DNA of 64,000 bases from an uncultured Eubacteriales bacterium (GCA_964500895.1 CAZCQP010000002.1:1812-65811), one strand, 5' to 3'; shown: positions 50,396 to 60,107, counted from the first letter of the stretch. Made by a program: numbers and translations. The notes: a model not told the origin generated them from the letters alone.

Positions 50396-50944
50396 GTGTT
50401 TGGCAGACACAAAAAATGGGAGAAGATGTTTGACGGGTTGTGTCAGGCGTATTATGAAAAAATATTGGGTTATTGTTATGCGGTGTTGGGGGATGAAACA
50501 GCGGCCCGGGATTGTACCCAGGAGGTGTTTCTGGTGGCGTGCCAAAAAAGTGAACAGCTGGCGGCACATCCTAACCCTGGCGGTTTCCTCTTTCAAACTG
50601 CTAAAACATTGGTGAAGAAAACACGCAGAGAAAGTTTCATGCGTTTAATGCGTGAACAAGAAGTGGATGAACAAATAGTGGGCTTGGTAGATGCCCATGC
50701 AGACATTGCAAACCAGCTGGATAAGCAGATTATTGCAGAGGATTATGTAGAGGCGGTGCTGGAACAGTTGCCGGAGGACAAGCTAAAGCTCTACACCTTA
50801 TATTACATGGGCAAGCAAACCATGGCGGAAATTGCACAGCAGCTGGGCATGGAAGAAGCGGCGTTAAGGATGCGTTATGTGCGTTTGCGGCGTGAGATGA
50901 AAGCCATCGTGGCAAAGGTGTGTGAAAATAATTTTGACTACTAA
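50396..50944 (+). CDS. Sigma-70 family (ECF-type) RNA polymerase sigma factor
   Basis: Has a region 2-like segment (YEKILGYCYAVLGDETAARDCTQEVFL) and a region 4 HTH (QTMAEIAQQLGMEEAALRMRYVRLRREM). The start is uncertain: GTG at 50396 or ATG at 50426. Confidence 0.75.
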   Translation: MFGRHKKWEKMFDGLCQAYYEKILGYCYAVLGDETAARDCTQEVFLVACQKSEQLAAHPNPGGFLFQTAKTLVKKTRRESFMRLMREQEVDEQIVGLVDAHADIANQLDKQIIAEDYVEAVLEQLPEDKLKLYTLYYMGKQTMAEIAQQLGMEEAALRMRYVRLRREMKAIVAKVCENNFDY

Positions 50945-51022
50945 AAGCTCCGTTACAAATGATGATAAGCTACATATTAAAGTGAACACATTGGCCAATG
51001 TTGTGAAAGGAGGGGTTCTTCC

Positions 51023-51892
51023 ATGCAAGAAAAGCAACGGGTGTTAAAAGAACTGGACACAGCCATTGATGCCATGGATATGGCAAGCATTGAACGTGGC
51101 CTCAATACTTTGCAAGAACTGGAACACCAGCCCGTCAAGGCGGAAAATGTACAGGACTTTGCCGCCCGCATCAAAAACTTAAACAGAGAGGATAAGATGA
51201 AAATGAAACCATCTAAAACCATGAAAGTCGCTTTGGTTGCTGCTATCGTCAGCGCTATGGGCATTACGGCTTATGCAGCCAATGAATTAAAGGTATTTTC
51301 CTTTGCCAAAGGAGACAAATATGTTACGGTGACCACCACGGAGGATATGACCCAGGAAGAAGCAGAAGCCATGGTGAAAATGAGCGAAGGAGGCGTTCAG
51401 CCGGCGGACGCAGATGTTAAAATGATGGTGGAGCCGGACAGTCTGATGTTTGAATCGGTGGAGCAGGCGGAAAAGGATATGGACATGAACGTGATTTTGC
51501 CTGAAACCATGCCGGAACTGCCTGTGTCTGAAATAATGGGGCAAAAGTTGGATTTTGGGCATGTAGAAAACCGTATGCTTTGGATCACTTATGGAGACCC
51601 GGAGGAAAGAGCGTTTGGATTGACCGTTGGGAGAGAGGTTGTTAAGTCGACAGAGCCGGTTATTGGCTATTCCGCCAGTGACATGGATGAGGGCAGCTTA
51701 GGCTCCTACACCAGCAAAAATGGCACGGTGTTCACCACGCTAACCGAAAGCGATGACGCCAGTGAAAGAACAGCCCATATTGCAACGGTTCAAGTAGGAG
51801 AATACGAATATACGCTGGTATTCTTTGGGTTTGATGATGCGGAACGCCTAGCCATTATTGATAGCGTGGATTTGTCTGCCTATGCCCAATAA
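51023..51892 (+). CDS. Putative anti-sigma factor / membrane-anchored partner (DUF4367-like)
   Basis: 289 aa with a single TM (VALVAAIVSAMGITAYA). Sits immediately downstream of the sigma factor gene. Confidence 0.5.
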   Translation: MQEKQRVLKELDTAIDAMDMASIERGLNTLQELEHQPVKAENVQDFAARIKNLNREDKMKMKPSKTMKVALVAAIVSAMGITAYAANELKVFSFAKGDKYVTVTTTEDMTQEEAEAMVKMSEGGVQPADADVKMMVEPDSLMFESVEQAEKDMDMNVILPETMPELPVSEIMGQKLDFGHVENRMLWITYGDPEERAFGLTVGREVVKSTEPVIGYSASDMDEGSLGSYTSKNGTVFTTLTESDDASERTAHIATVQVGEYEYTLVFFGFDDAERLAIIDSVDLSAYAQ

Positions 51893-51958
51893 CATGAAGC
51901 AATAGACAACCTGTGCTCCGGCTGGTATAATGGGCAAAAAACTCGGAGGACACAAGCG

Positions 51959-52453
51959 ATGTCTGTGGAACGTGTGAAAGCTTATTTATCCCGGTGGCAG
52001 TTGGACACTGCTGTATTGGAAATGCCCGACTCCACCGCCACTGTTCAGGAAGCGGCGAAAGCCTTGGGCACAGAACCGGCCCGTATTGCCAAAACATTAT
52101 CTTTTCAAGATGCAGGCAATGGGCTGGGCGCCATTATTCTGGTGGCTGCGGGTGATGCTAAAATCGATAACCCTAAATTCAAGGTGGCTTTTGGGCAAAA
52201 ACCTAAAATGTTGTCCTTTGAAGAAGTGACGGAAAAGACCGGCTTTCAAGTGGGCGGTGTGTGCCCCTTTGCGCTGCCGGAAGGGGTTAGGGTTTATCTG
52301 GATGTTTCCTTAAAACGTTTTGAGTCCGTTTATCCTGCCTGTGGCAGCTTAAATTCTGCCATTCAACTGGCGTTGGAACAGCTGGAAATGTGTACACCCT
52401 GCATGGGTTGGGTGGATGTATGCAAGGGATGGCAGCCGGAAGATGAAGCGTAG
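51959..52453 (+). CDS. YbaK/EbsC-family aminoacyl-tRNA deacylase domain protein
   Basis: 164 aa with the pattern KTLSFQD...GGVCPFALP, typical of the YbaK/ProRS-associated domain. Confidence 0.7.
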   Translation: MSVERVKAYLSRWQLDTAVLEMPDSTATVQEAAKALGTEPARIAKTLSFQDAGNGLGAIILVAAGDAKIDNPKFKVAFGQKPKMLSFEEVTEKTGFQVGGVCPFALPEGVRVYLDVSLKRFESVYPACGSLNSAIQLALEQLEMCTPCMGWVDVCKGWQPEDEA

Positions 52454-52547
52454 TTGGCGCACTGCAAAGCAGTGCGTAGGGTGGGGCGGCCAGCCATTGA
52501 ACCGCCGCTGGTGCAAATGAGCCGCCCCAGCCAAGAACAAGGCCGCC

Positions 52548-52703
52548 AGGCGGCCAGATGTCTAACTGCCGATGATGTAACTGAGCCGCCAATGTTTAGG
52601 TAACAATGGCCGCCTAGCCGCCGAATACTTCGGTTGCCAGGCGGTCATATGCCATGGTTTGGGCGGCGCAATTAAAAAAAGCGGCCGAAATATACTGGCC
52701 GCC
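52548..52703. repeat. Diverged third copy of the GC-rich GGCGGCCAG/CTGGCCGCC-bounded element
   Basis: aggcggccagatgtctaactgccgatgatgt matches the 5' end of the 62-kb units at 26 of 31 positions. A 9-nt inverted partner, ctggccgcc, lies at 52695-52703. The surrounding 52470-52710 region is dense in GGCGGCC/GGCCGCC motifs. Confidence 0.55.
52674..52702 (-). terminator. Terminator after the DUF1015 gene
   Basis: Minus strand reads gcggcc-agtatatttc-ggccgc followed by ttttttt. A second perfect hairpin, ccggctgtg-cttg-cacagccgg, lies at 52711-52732. Confidence 0.6.
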
Positions 52704-52741
52704 CATTCCCGGCTGTGCTTGCACAGCCGGAAACTTTTCTT

Positions 52742-53980
52742 TTATGACAAAGTATGTATCAATAACCCGCTTCTAAGCTTAGGTTCAAACCAAGTAGATT
52801 TAGGGGGCATGAGCCGGTCTTCATCCGCCACGGCCATCAGCTCTGCCATAGACGTGGGATAAAGTGCAAAGGCCACTGCCATTTCACCGCTGTCCACACG
52901 GTCTTTTAAGGCACCCAGGCCACGAATGCCACCCACGAAGTCAATACGCTTGTCGGTACGGGGGTCACCAATGCCCAGCACGGGGGCCAGCAAATGGTTT
53001 TGCAGCAAGGAAACATCCAGCCCTTCCACACTATCGGCAGATATAATGTGGCTTTTGGCTGCAAGGGTGTACCACTGGCCTTGCAAGTACATGGAAAAGG
53101 TGTGGAGCGCTTTTGGAGTGGCCATCTCTGCCGGGGATACTTCAAAGTTTGCGCTGATGGTTTCTAAAAAGCTTTCCGGTGTAAGGCCGTTTAAGTCCTT
53201 CACCAGCCTATTATAGTCCATGATGTACAGTTCTTCATCTGGGAACGCCACAGCCAGGTAAAAGTTAAATTCAGCGTCTGGAGCAAAGCTTGGGTTTTCT
53301 TCCCGGCGTTTAAGCCCCACCTTCACCGCAGATGCATTACGATGGTGGCCGTCTGCAATATACATACAGGGAACCTGTTCAAAGCCTTGGGCCAAAGCGG
53401 CCAAGGCTTTTGCATCGTCCATCACCCACACTTTGTGGGCAATGCCGTCTTCTGCCACAAAGTCATACACCGGGGCATGTGTTCCTTTCCATTGGGTCAT
53501 AATGCTTTGAATATCCGCCTGGTTTCTGTAGGCCAGAAAAATAGGGCCTGTATTGGCATTTAAGGTTTCCACATGGCGAATGCGGTCTTGTTCTTTATCT
53601 ACCCGGGTCAGTTCGTGTTTTTTAATGGTACCGTTCAGGTATTCGTCAATGGCGGCACAGCCCACCAAACCGGTTTGGCTGCGGCCGTTCATGGTCAGCT
53701 CATAAATGTAGTACAGCGGTTTATCGTCTGAAATTAAAACCCCGTCTGCCTGCATTTTTTCAAAATTTTCTTTGGCTTTGGCATAAACCCTATCATCATA
53801 TAAGTCAATGGCTGGGTCCAAGTCGATTTCAGCCTTGTCTACGTGCAAAAAAGAATGGGGGTTGCCTTTCACCATTTCCCGGGCCTCGTCACTGCTCATT
53901 ACGTCATAAGGCAGAGCAGCCACAGCCTTGGCGTATTCCGGGGCAGGGCGAATGCCTTTAAATGCTTTAAATGTCGCCAC
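52742..53980 (-). CDS. DUF1015 domain protein (serA/serC-associated)
   Basis: 412 aa with N-terminus MATFKAFKGIRPAPEYAKAVAALPYDVMSSDEA, characteristic of DUF1015. Confidence 0.8.
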   Translation of the reverse strand: MATFKAFKGIRPAPEYAKAVAALPYDVMSSDEAREMVKGNPHSFLHVDKAEIDLDPAIDLYDDRVYAKAKENFEKMQADGVLISDDKPLYYIYELTMNGRSQTGLVGCAAIDEYLNGTIKKHELTRVDKEQDRIRHVETLNANTGPIFLAYRNQADIQSIMTQWKGTHAPVYDFVAEDGIAHKVWVMDDAKALAALAQGFEQVPCMYIADGHHRNASAVKVGLKRREENPSFAPDAEFNFYLAVAFPDEELYIMDYNRLVKDLNGLTPESFLETISANFEVSPAEMATPKALHTFSMYLQGQWYTLAAKSHIISADSVEGLDVSLLQNHLLAPVLGIGDPRTDKRIDFVGGIRGLGALKDRVDSGEMAVAFALYPTSMAELMAVADEDRLMPPKSTWFEPKLRSGLLIHTLS

Positions 53981-53992
53981 GTTGTTCTCTCC

Positions 53993-55153
53993 TTAAATGG
54001 TTCTAACGGCAATGATGCCGTCCAGCTTACGAATTTCTTCCGCCACGGCCTCCATGTCCCCACCGTCCACGTCAATCATGGTGTAGGCGTGGTCGCCCTT
54101 GCTTTTATTCAGCATGTTATCAATGTTCATGCCTTTTTGCGCCAGTGCTGTGGTGATGGAACCTACCACATTAGGCACATTGCGGTTCATGATGCATATC
54201 CGTTTTTTGCCCACATAAGGCATGTAGCAGCTTGGGAAGTTTACAGAATTTTCAATGTTGCCGTATTCTAAGTAGTTTTTAAGCTCGATGGCGGCCATTT
54301 CAGCGCAGTTGTCTTCGGATTCCGGAGTGGATGCACCCAAATGGGGAATGGTGATGATGTTTTTGTGGCCCAGCAGTGTTTCGTTGGGGAAGTCTGTCAC
54401 ATAAGCGCCCACGGTGCCGTTATCCAGAGCGGCAATCATGGCTTCATCGTCCACCAGCTCACCACGGGAAAAGTTCAGAATGCGCACCTCTTTTTTCATC
54501 CGTGCCAAGGTGTCTTTGTTAAACATCTTACGGGTATCGTCGTTGAGGGGTACGTGGATGGTGATATAGTCGCAGTTTTCAATAATCATGTCAATGCCGT
54601 CGGCCCGGCGAACGCTCCGGGAAAGGCTCCAGGCTGCTTCCACAGACATGAAGGGGTCGTAGCCGTACACTTCCATGCCCATGGCGTTGGCGGCGTTGGC
54701 CACCAATACACCAATAGCACCTAAACCAATAACACCAAGCTTTTTACCAAACAATTCCGGCCCAACAAAGGTGCTTTTGCCTTTTTCCACCAGCTTGGCC
54801 ACGCCGGTTTCCCCTTGCAGCCCTTGCACCCAGTTCACCCCGTCAATGATGCGGCGGGAAGAAAGCAGAAGCCCGGCCATTACCAGTTCACGAACGGCGT
54901 TAGCGTTAGCGCCTGGGGTATTAAACACCACCACACCAGCTTCGGTGCATGTGTCTATGGGAATGTTGTTTACCCCGGCACCTGCTCTGGCCACGGCCTT
55001 TAAACCGGCGGGCAAAGGCATGTCGTGCATGTTATAGCTGCGCAACAAGATGCCGTCTGGGTTTTGTTCGTCGGATGTCACTTGATAGTGTTCTTCCGGT
55101 AACCGGCACAAGCCGATTGGCGATATGTTATTCAGTGTTAAAATTTTATACAT
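53993..55153 (-). CDS. serA: D-3-phosphoglycerate dehydrogenase with C-terminal ACT domain
   Basis: 386 aa with NAD-binding GVIGLGAIG, catalytic region and an ACT-like C-terminus. Confidence 0.88.
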   Translation of the reverse strand: MYKILTLNNISPIGLCRLPEEHYQVTSDEQNPDGILLRSYNMHDMPLPAGLKAVARAGAGVNNIPIDTCTEAGVVVFNTPGANANAVRELVMAGLLLSSRRIIDGVNWVQGLQGETGVAKLVEKGKSTFVGPELFGKKLGVIGLGAIGVLVANAANAMGMEVYGYDPFMSVEAAWSLSRSVRRADGIDMIIENCDYITIHVPLNDDTRKMFNKDTLARMKKEVRILNFSRGELVDDEAMIAALDNGTVGAYVTDFPNETLLGHKNIITIPHLGASTPESEDNCAEMAAIELKNYLEYGNIENSVNFPSCYMPYVGKKRICIMNRNVPNVVGSITTALAQKGMNIDNMLNKSKGDHAYTMIDVDGGDMEAVAEEIRKLDGIIAVRTI

Positions 55154-55198
55154 GGATATCCCCCGCTTTATTGGACTCTTTCAAAACTTACACGAAGT

Positions 55199-56278
55199 TT
55201 ACTTATTCGCCACTTCAAATTGCTTCATAAAAGCCACCAGCTTTTCCACCGCTTCCAAGGAAACAGCGTTGTAAATGCTGGCCCGCATACCGCCCACGCT
55301 TCTGTGGCCTTTTAAGTTTACAAACCCAGCGGCAGCGGCTTCTTTTATAAATTTAGCATCAATGTCTTCGTTGCCGGTCACAAAAGTCACGTTCATCAAG
55401 GAACGGTCTTTGGCTTCGGCAGTGGCTGTAAACAGCTTGGATTCCTCTAAATAGCCGTAAAGCAGAGCGGCTTTTTCTATGTTAATTTTTTCCATGGCAG
55501 CAACGCCACCTATAGATTTAAGCCATTCAAACACAAGCTTGGCAATGTAAATGCCGTAGGTTGGGGGTGTGTTGTGCATGGAGTCGTCTTTGGCGTGTAC
55601 CTGGTAATCTAGCATGGTGGGGGTGATGTCCATGGCGTGGCCTAAAAGGTCTTCACGGATAATAACCACGGTGACACCTGCTGGGCCAATGTTCTTTTGT
55701 GCACCGGCATAAATAAGCCCAAACTTACTGACGTCGTATACTTCGGATAAAATGCTGCTGGACATGTCTGTAACCAAGGGCACACTGCCTACATCCGGCA
55801 AAGTGGTAAACCGGGTGCCGTAAATGGTGTTGTTCATGGTGATGTGTACATAATCTGCGTCTTTTGAGAAGGCGGAAGCATCCACCTGAGGTATGTAACT
55901 GAAGTTTTTATCTTCGGAAGAAGCCACCACGTTCACCGTGCCGTAACGTTTTGCTTCTTGGATGGCTTTTTTAGCAAAGGCACCAGTTTTAAGGTAGTCG
56001 GCTTTTTTGTTTTGAAACAGATTCAAGGGCACCATAGAAAACTGCAAACTTGCGCCGCCCTGTAAAAAAAGCACCCGATAGTTTTCGGGAATGGCCATCA
56101 GTTCAGTGAGCAGTGCTTTGGCTTCATCGAAAATTTCCAAATACATTTTGGAACGATGGCTCATTTCCATCACAGACATACCGGAAGTTCCGTAGGCCAC
56201 CAATTCTTTTTGGGCTTTTTCCAGCACCTCCACCGGCAACGCCGACGGTCCGGGAGAAAAATTAAAACAACGGTTCAT
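55199..56278 (-). CDS. serC: Phosphoserine aminotransferase
   Basis: Starts MNRCFNFSPGPSALP behind RBS ggagg. The track ORF carries a 55-codon upstream extension that I reject. Confidence 0.9.
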   Translation of the reverse strand: MNRCFNFSPGPSALPVEVLEKAQKELVAYGTSGMSVMEMSHRSKMYLEIFDEAKALLTELMAIPENYRVLFLQGGASLQFSMVPLNLFQNKKADYLKTGAFAKKAIQEAKRYGTVNVVASSEDKNFSYIPQVDASAFSKDADYVHITMNNTIYGTRFTTLPDVGSVPLVTDMSSSILSEVYDVSKFGLIYAGAQKNIGPAGVTVVIIREDLLGHAMDITPTMLDYQVHAKDDSMHNTPPTYGIYIAKLVFEWLKSIGGVAAMEKINIEKAALLYGYLEESKLFTATAEAKDRSLMNVTFVTGNEDIDAKFIKEAAAAGFVNLKGHRSVGGMRASIYNAVSLEAVEKLVAFMKQFEVANK

Positions 56279-56380
56279 AACAATACCTCCATAAACGCCT
56301 TTAAATTTTTCATATTGTACTACAGATTTTAGCACAGCACAACAACAAAACGTGAAAAAATAAATTAAAGTATGGAAAAT

Positions 56381-56409
56381 AAAAAACCCGCACCGTGGGA
56401 CGGGGCGGG
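56381..56409 (-). terminator. Terminator after the DUF1540 gene
   Basis: Minus strand reads cccgccccg-tccca-cggtgcggg followed by tttttt. Confidence 0.55.
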
Positions 56410-56423
56410 CAAATGTTGAGTGC

Positions 56424-56588
56424 TTACATGGATGCGCTTTCAAAGCTGTCGCATTCGGTTTCTTTCTTGCTGTGGCAGCTAGAGCCTTGGCAGGAACTAC
56501 CCACCATAATATCGTTTAAGGTACAATATTGCTTACCTTCATTGAATTTGCAGGAAGAAACGTGGCATTTAATGGTTTGACCGGACAT
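56424..56588 (-). CDS. DUF1540-like small Cys-rich protein (54 aa; below the track's apparent ~60-aa size cutoff)
   Basis: RBS ggaggtg, 6 nt, then ATG. Peptide is MSGQTIKCHVSSCKFNEGKQYCTLNDIMVGSSCQGSSCHSKKETECDSFESASM. Confidence 0.65.
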   Translation of the reverse strand: MSGQTIKCHVSSCKFNEGKQYCTLNDIMVGSSCQGSSCHSKKETECDSFESASM

Positions 56589-56663
56589 GTTTTCACCTCC
56601 AGAGTTTTATGTGTTCAGTATGTGCCGTTTAACTCTGGAGTATGCATATGCTCAAACATGTCT

Positions 56664-57086
56664 TTATACCGAAATTTTGGAAAAAATAAGCGGCAGGGTG
56701 TAGGGGGTGGCCTCTGTAATGTGTAAAGCGTCGCAAGCTTTATTCACAGCGTCCAATTTCAAATTGTATATGTAAGAAATGTCTTCTCTGGAATATGTGA
56801 AAGGCGAGCCGCAATCCAATTCCCGCTGGTACAGGCGGCAAATGTTGCTTTCCCCTTGGGACATCACCTTTAAAAAACTGCGGCGGGTAAGACGCTTTAC
56901 ACCCAGCTGACGTAAATGACGGGTAATGTCTTCCGGCTTCATGTCTAAAAGCCTGGCTGCTTCCCCTAGGTTTAAGTCTCCTTCAGCAGTTTTAATGAAC
57001 ACGTCAATGTCCTTAAACCTGGTGTAAATGTCTGTCACATACGTTTCCAGATAGTTATGGTGGCGTGATTTAATTTCCCTGTGCAT
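56664..57086 (-). CDS. Hypothetical protein with central helix-turn-helix
   Basis: 140 aa. LNLGEAARLLDMKPEDITRHLRQLGV resembles an excisionase/MerR-type HTH. Confidence 0.45.
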   Translation of the reverse strand: MHREIKSRHHNYLETYVTDIYTRFKDIDVFIKTAEGDLNLGEAARLLDMKPEDITRHLRQLGVKRLTRRSFLKVMSQGESNICRLYQRELDCGSPFTYSREDISYIYNLKLDAVNKACDALHITEATPYTLPLIFSKISV

Positions 57087-57346
57087 GAACGCCCCTCCTT
57101 ATAATGCTTCAACGTTGTAAACTTGAAACCATTGTAACGCAGATGCACGTATAAATCCACCTGTAAAAACTGGAATGTGGTCAAATTGCTGTAAAAAGAA
57201 TGCATCACTTGTAAAAAAATAGATAATTATGTAAAGAAAATATTTGCATATAAACCCAGTGATTTACATATCACCAAAATGCCGGTTGTACATAATATAG
57301 GGTAAAGAGAGAGGGAATATTGATATTATTTTAAGGAGGATGTAAA

Positions 57347-57508
57347 ATGGCTGCTTTCGAGCTGAACAAGCAACATCATGAAAAAGATTGTGATGACGTA
57401 CAAGGCGTAAGCTTAGACCCCAGACGACTCCGTGAAGAGTGCATCATTGCACTGAAAGTATACGATAGTTGCAGACAGCCGGACTGCAAGCACTTACACC
57501 TTTTTTAG
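57347..57508 (+). CDS. Small Cys-rich ORF (53 aa), possibly the 5' fragment of a longer gene
   Basis: Strong RBS aaggagg, 7 nt, then ATG. Peptide is MAAFELNKQHHEKDCDDVQGVSLDPRRLREECIIALKVYDSCRQPDCKHLHLF. The stop lies 18 nt before the small ORF that precedes the recombinase. Confidence 0.45.
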   Translation: MAAFELNKQHHEKDCDDVQGVSLDPRRLREECIIALKVYDSCRQPDCKHLHLF

Positions 57509-57526
57509 CATGACGGGAAGGGGTGC

Positions 57527-57730
57527 ATGAACATGAAAAAAACAAAACAAAGCATGGTGCGTGTTAAGCGGTATGTGCAGGTGTTAACCCCTCAGGGGGA
57601 TGTGACCCGAACCATAGACTTGCAATCGGTTTCTAAAGAGGAAGAAGACAGGTGGCTGGCGTGCGTTTTTCAACAGGCAATGGAGCGGCTGGGGTATGCG
57701 CCTGTTGAAAGAGATGGGAAGGTTTTATAA
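57527..57730 (+). CDS. Hypothetical 67-aa protein immediately upstream of the recombinase
   Basis: ORF with RBS ggaagggg. Its end lies 13 nt before the recombinase start codon. Confidence 0.4.
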   Translation: MNMKKTKQSMVRVKRYVQVLTPQGDVTRTIDLQSVSKEEEDRWLACVFQQAMERLGYAPVERDGKVL

Positions 57731-57743
57731 GGAGGTTGCGCCC

Positions 57744-59216
57744 ATGGCCATTGCGGCGGTGTATATAAGGGTTTCCACCGAAGACCAAACCGAATTTTCC
57801 CCAGAAGCCCAGTTAAGGGCCATAGGGCAATATGCGGAAAAAAACGGATACACCATAGAGGAAGATTTTATTTTTAGAGACGAAGGCATTTCCGGCAGGC
57901 GTGCAGACAAACGCCCGGCCTTTCAAAAAATGGTGGCCATGGCTAAAAGGAAGCCAGCGCCTTTTCGGGTAATATTGGTGCATAAATTTGACCGTTTTGC
58001 TCGATCACGGGAAGACAGCATTGTGTATAAGTCTTTGTTGAAACGGGAGTGTAACATTAAAGTGGTGAGCATTACGGAACAGCTTGAAGACGACAAGTTT
58101 TCGGTCATCTTAGAAGCCATGTTGGAAGCCATGGCGGAATATTACAGCCTGAACTTGTCCGAGGAAGTGAAAAAAGGGATGACGGAAAAAGCACGGCGGG
58201 GAGAATTACAAACCCCGGCCCCTTTTGGCTATCGCATGGTGAACGGACTACTCACCCCCCAACCGGAAGAAGCAGAAATGGTGCGTGAAATTTTTAGGCT
58301 TTATGTGAACGAACGCTTGAACTTGCGGTCCATTGCCAAGCACATGAACGGGCAGGGCTGTAAAACGAAACAAGGGAACAGCTTTGACACCCGAAGCATC
58401 ACCTACATTTTGTGTAACCCCACATATACAGGCAAAATGCGCTGGACTCCCACCGGCCCGGCAGCCAGCAGGTTTCATTTTGATAACCCGGACACTTGGG
58501 TGCTGGAGGGCAAACATCCAGCCATTGTAGGGGAACAAATGTGGCAGGAGGCCAACCGGCGCATCCGAGCAGACAAAAAGCAGAAAATTCCCTTGTATAC
58601 ACGGGATGGCAACGTGCAGACCCACTGGCTGCGGGGGGTGTTGCGCTGTGGCCATTGCGGAACCACCCTGTCTTACGGGAAAGGAGCTGAAGGCAAGCAA
58701 GGGGCTTACCGATGCAGCAAATATTTAACCGGGGGGTGCCCACAACCCCAGCGCATCACCGTGGGCAAAGCGGAACAAGCGGTACTGGATGTTTTACAAA
58801 AAGATGGTGCAGCGGTGCCTCCCATAGTTTTCCAAAAAAACAATACCCATTTACAGGAACAACAAGACACATGGATGCGCTGTAAAAAAATGATCACCAA
58901 GCTGCAAGACCGGCTGGAAAAAGCACGGGAACTGGTGCTGGCGGGAATAGATACAACAGAAGAATATAGGCAAAACAAACTAAAGATAGAGCAGCAAATG
59001 AAGGAAACCATAGAAAAAATGCAGACCATAGAACAGCAGCAAAAGATGCAGCAGGAAGAAAGGGAAGAAAAAAGGGTTGGTTCGGTGGCAGATATTCTGT
59101 TATCCCAAGCCAGCTTGACAGAAAAAAACAATGCCATCCGGCAATTGGTAAGTCAAATGGTTTATGATAAACAAAATGAAACGTTAGATATTTATTATTA
59201 TGCAGTAGAAACATAA
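57744..59216 (+). mobile_element. Large serine recombinase (resolvase N-domain + recombinase domain + zinc ribbon + coiled coil)
   Basis: N-terminus MAIAAVYIRVSTEDQ carries the catalytic Ser motif. Also has FDRFARS, a recombinase domain, a Cys-rich ribbon (CGHCGTTLSYG...YRCSKYLTGGC) and a Q/E-rich coiled coil. Start chosen behind RBS aaggagg. Confidence 0.88.
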
Positions 59217-59220
59217 ACCT

Positions 59221-59236
59221 TGGCATGAAATATGCA
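59221..59236 (+). promoter_or_regulatory. Candidate sigma-54 (-24/-12) promoter
   Basis: TGGCAT-gaaat-ATGCA against consensus TGGCAC-N5-TTGCW, with correct GG-N10-GC spacing. Lies 41 nt upstream of the next start codon. Confidence 0.5.
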
Positions 59237-59276
59237 TGTATAAACCAGCAGAGAAAAATTAGAAGGAGAGATACAA

Positions 59277-60038
59277 ATGAATCATATCATTGAAAGATTA
59301 AAAACATTACAGGGGCACACAGGATTTTATTATAAAAATATGGTTACGGGGGAAACATTGGCCTATCAGGAAAACGACACCTTTACCCCGGCCAGCATCA
59401 TTAAGCTGCCCATGCTTATGCAAATTTTTCGCATGGCGGCCAAAGGGGAAGCGGATTTAACTGAACGCATTAAAATCCGGCATGAAGACAAGGTGCCTAG
59501 TTGCGGGGCGCTTAACAGATTTACCGATGAGCCGGTGGTGGATATACGCACCTTATGCAACCTGATGACAATCATTAGCGACAACACCGCCACCAACGTG
59601 CTCATTTCCCATTACGGTACAGAGCGGCTGAATAAAGGCTTTGAGGAAATGGGCCTTGAAAAAACCAGAGTGAACCGGCGGTTATTTGATATGGAATCTG
59701 CCAGAAAAGGCATTTCAAACTATATAACGCCAAAAGAAATCGGTCAGCTATTGGAACAACTTTACAACCGTACTTTTGTGAATGAGGCCGTTTCACAAGA
59801 TATATTAAACATTTTACTGGAACAGCAGTTTGACCATAAAATTCCCGGCATGTTACCTCCCGGCACAAAGGTGGCCCACAAAACAGGGGAAGATGATGAC
59901 ATTTCCAACGATGTGGGCATTGTATACGCCAAAGCACCATTTGTGGTTTGCTTTGTGTCCAATAAAACCATCAACCATCCGTTTAATATGTTCATTCGGG
60001 AAACAACCTTAGAACTGTTTAACCAGTGCAATCAATGA
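59277..60038 (+). CDS. Class A beta-lactamase-related serine hydrolase
   Basis: 253 aa with SxxK (ASIIKLP), SDN (ISDNTATN) and KTG (HKTGED) motifs. No obvious signal peptide. Confidence 0.7.
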   Translation: MNHIIERLKTLQGHTGFYYKNMVTGETLAYQENDTFTPASIIKLPMLMQIFRMAAKGEADLTERIKIRHEDKVPSCGALNRFTDEPVVDIRTLCNLMTIISDNTATNVLISHYGTERLNKGFEEMGLEKTRVNRRLFDMESARKGISNYITPKEIGQLLEQLYNRTFVNEAVSQDILNILLEQQFDHKIPGMLPPGTKVAHKTGEDDDISNDVGIVYAKAPFVVCFVSNKTINHPFNMFIRETTLELFNQCNQ

Positions 60039-60107
60039 CCAAGTGTGGTATAATGGATGCAGAAATATAAGTTTGCAATTTTCTGTTTATCATGATGAGG
60101 TGACCAC

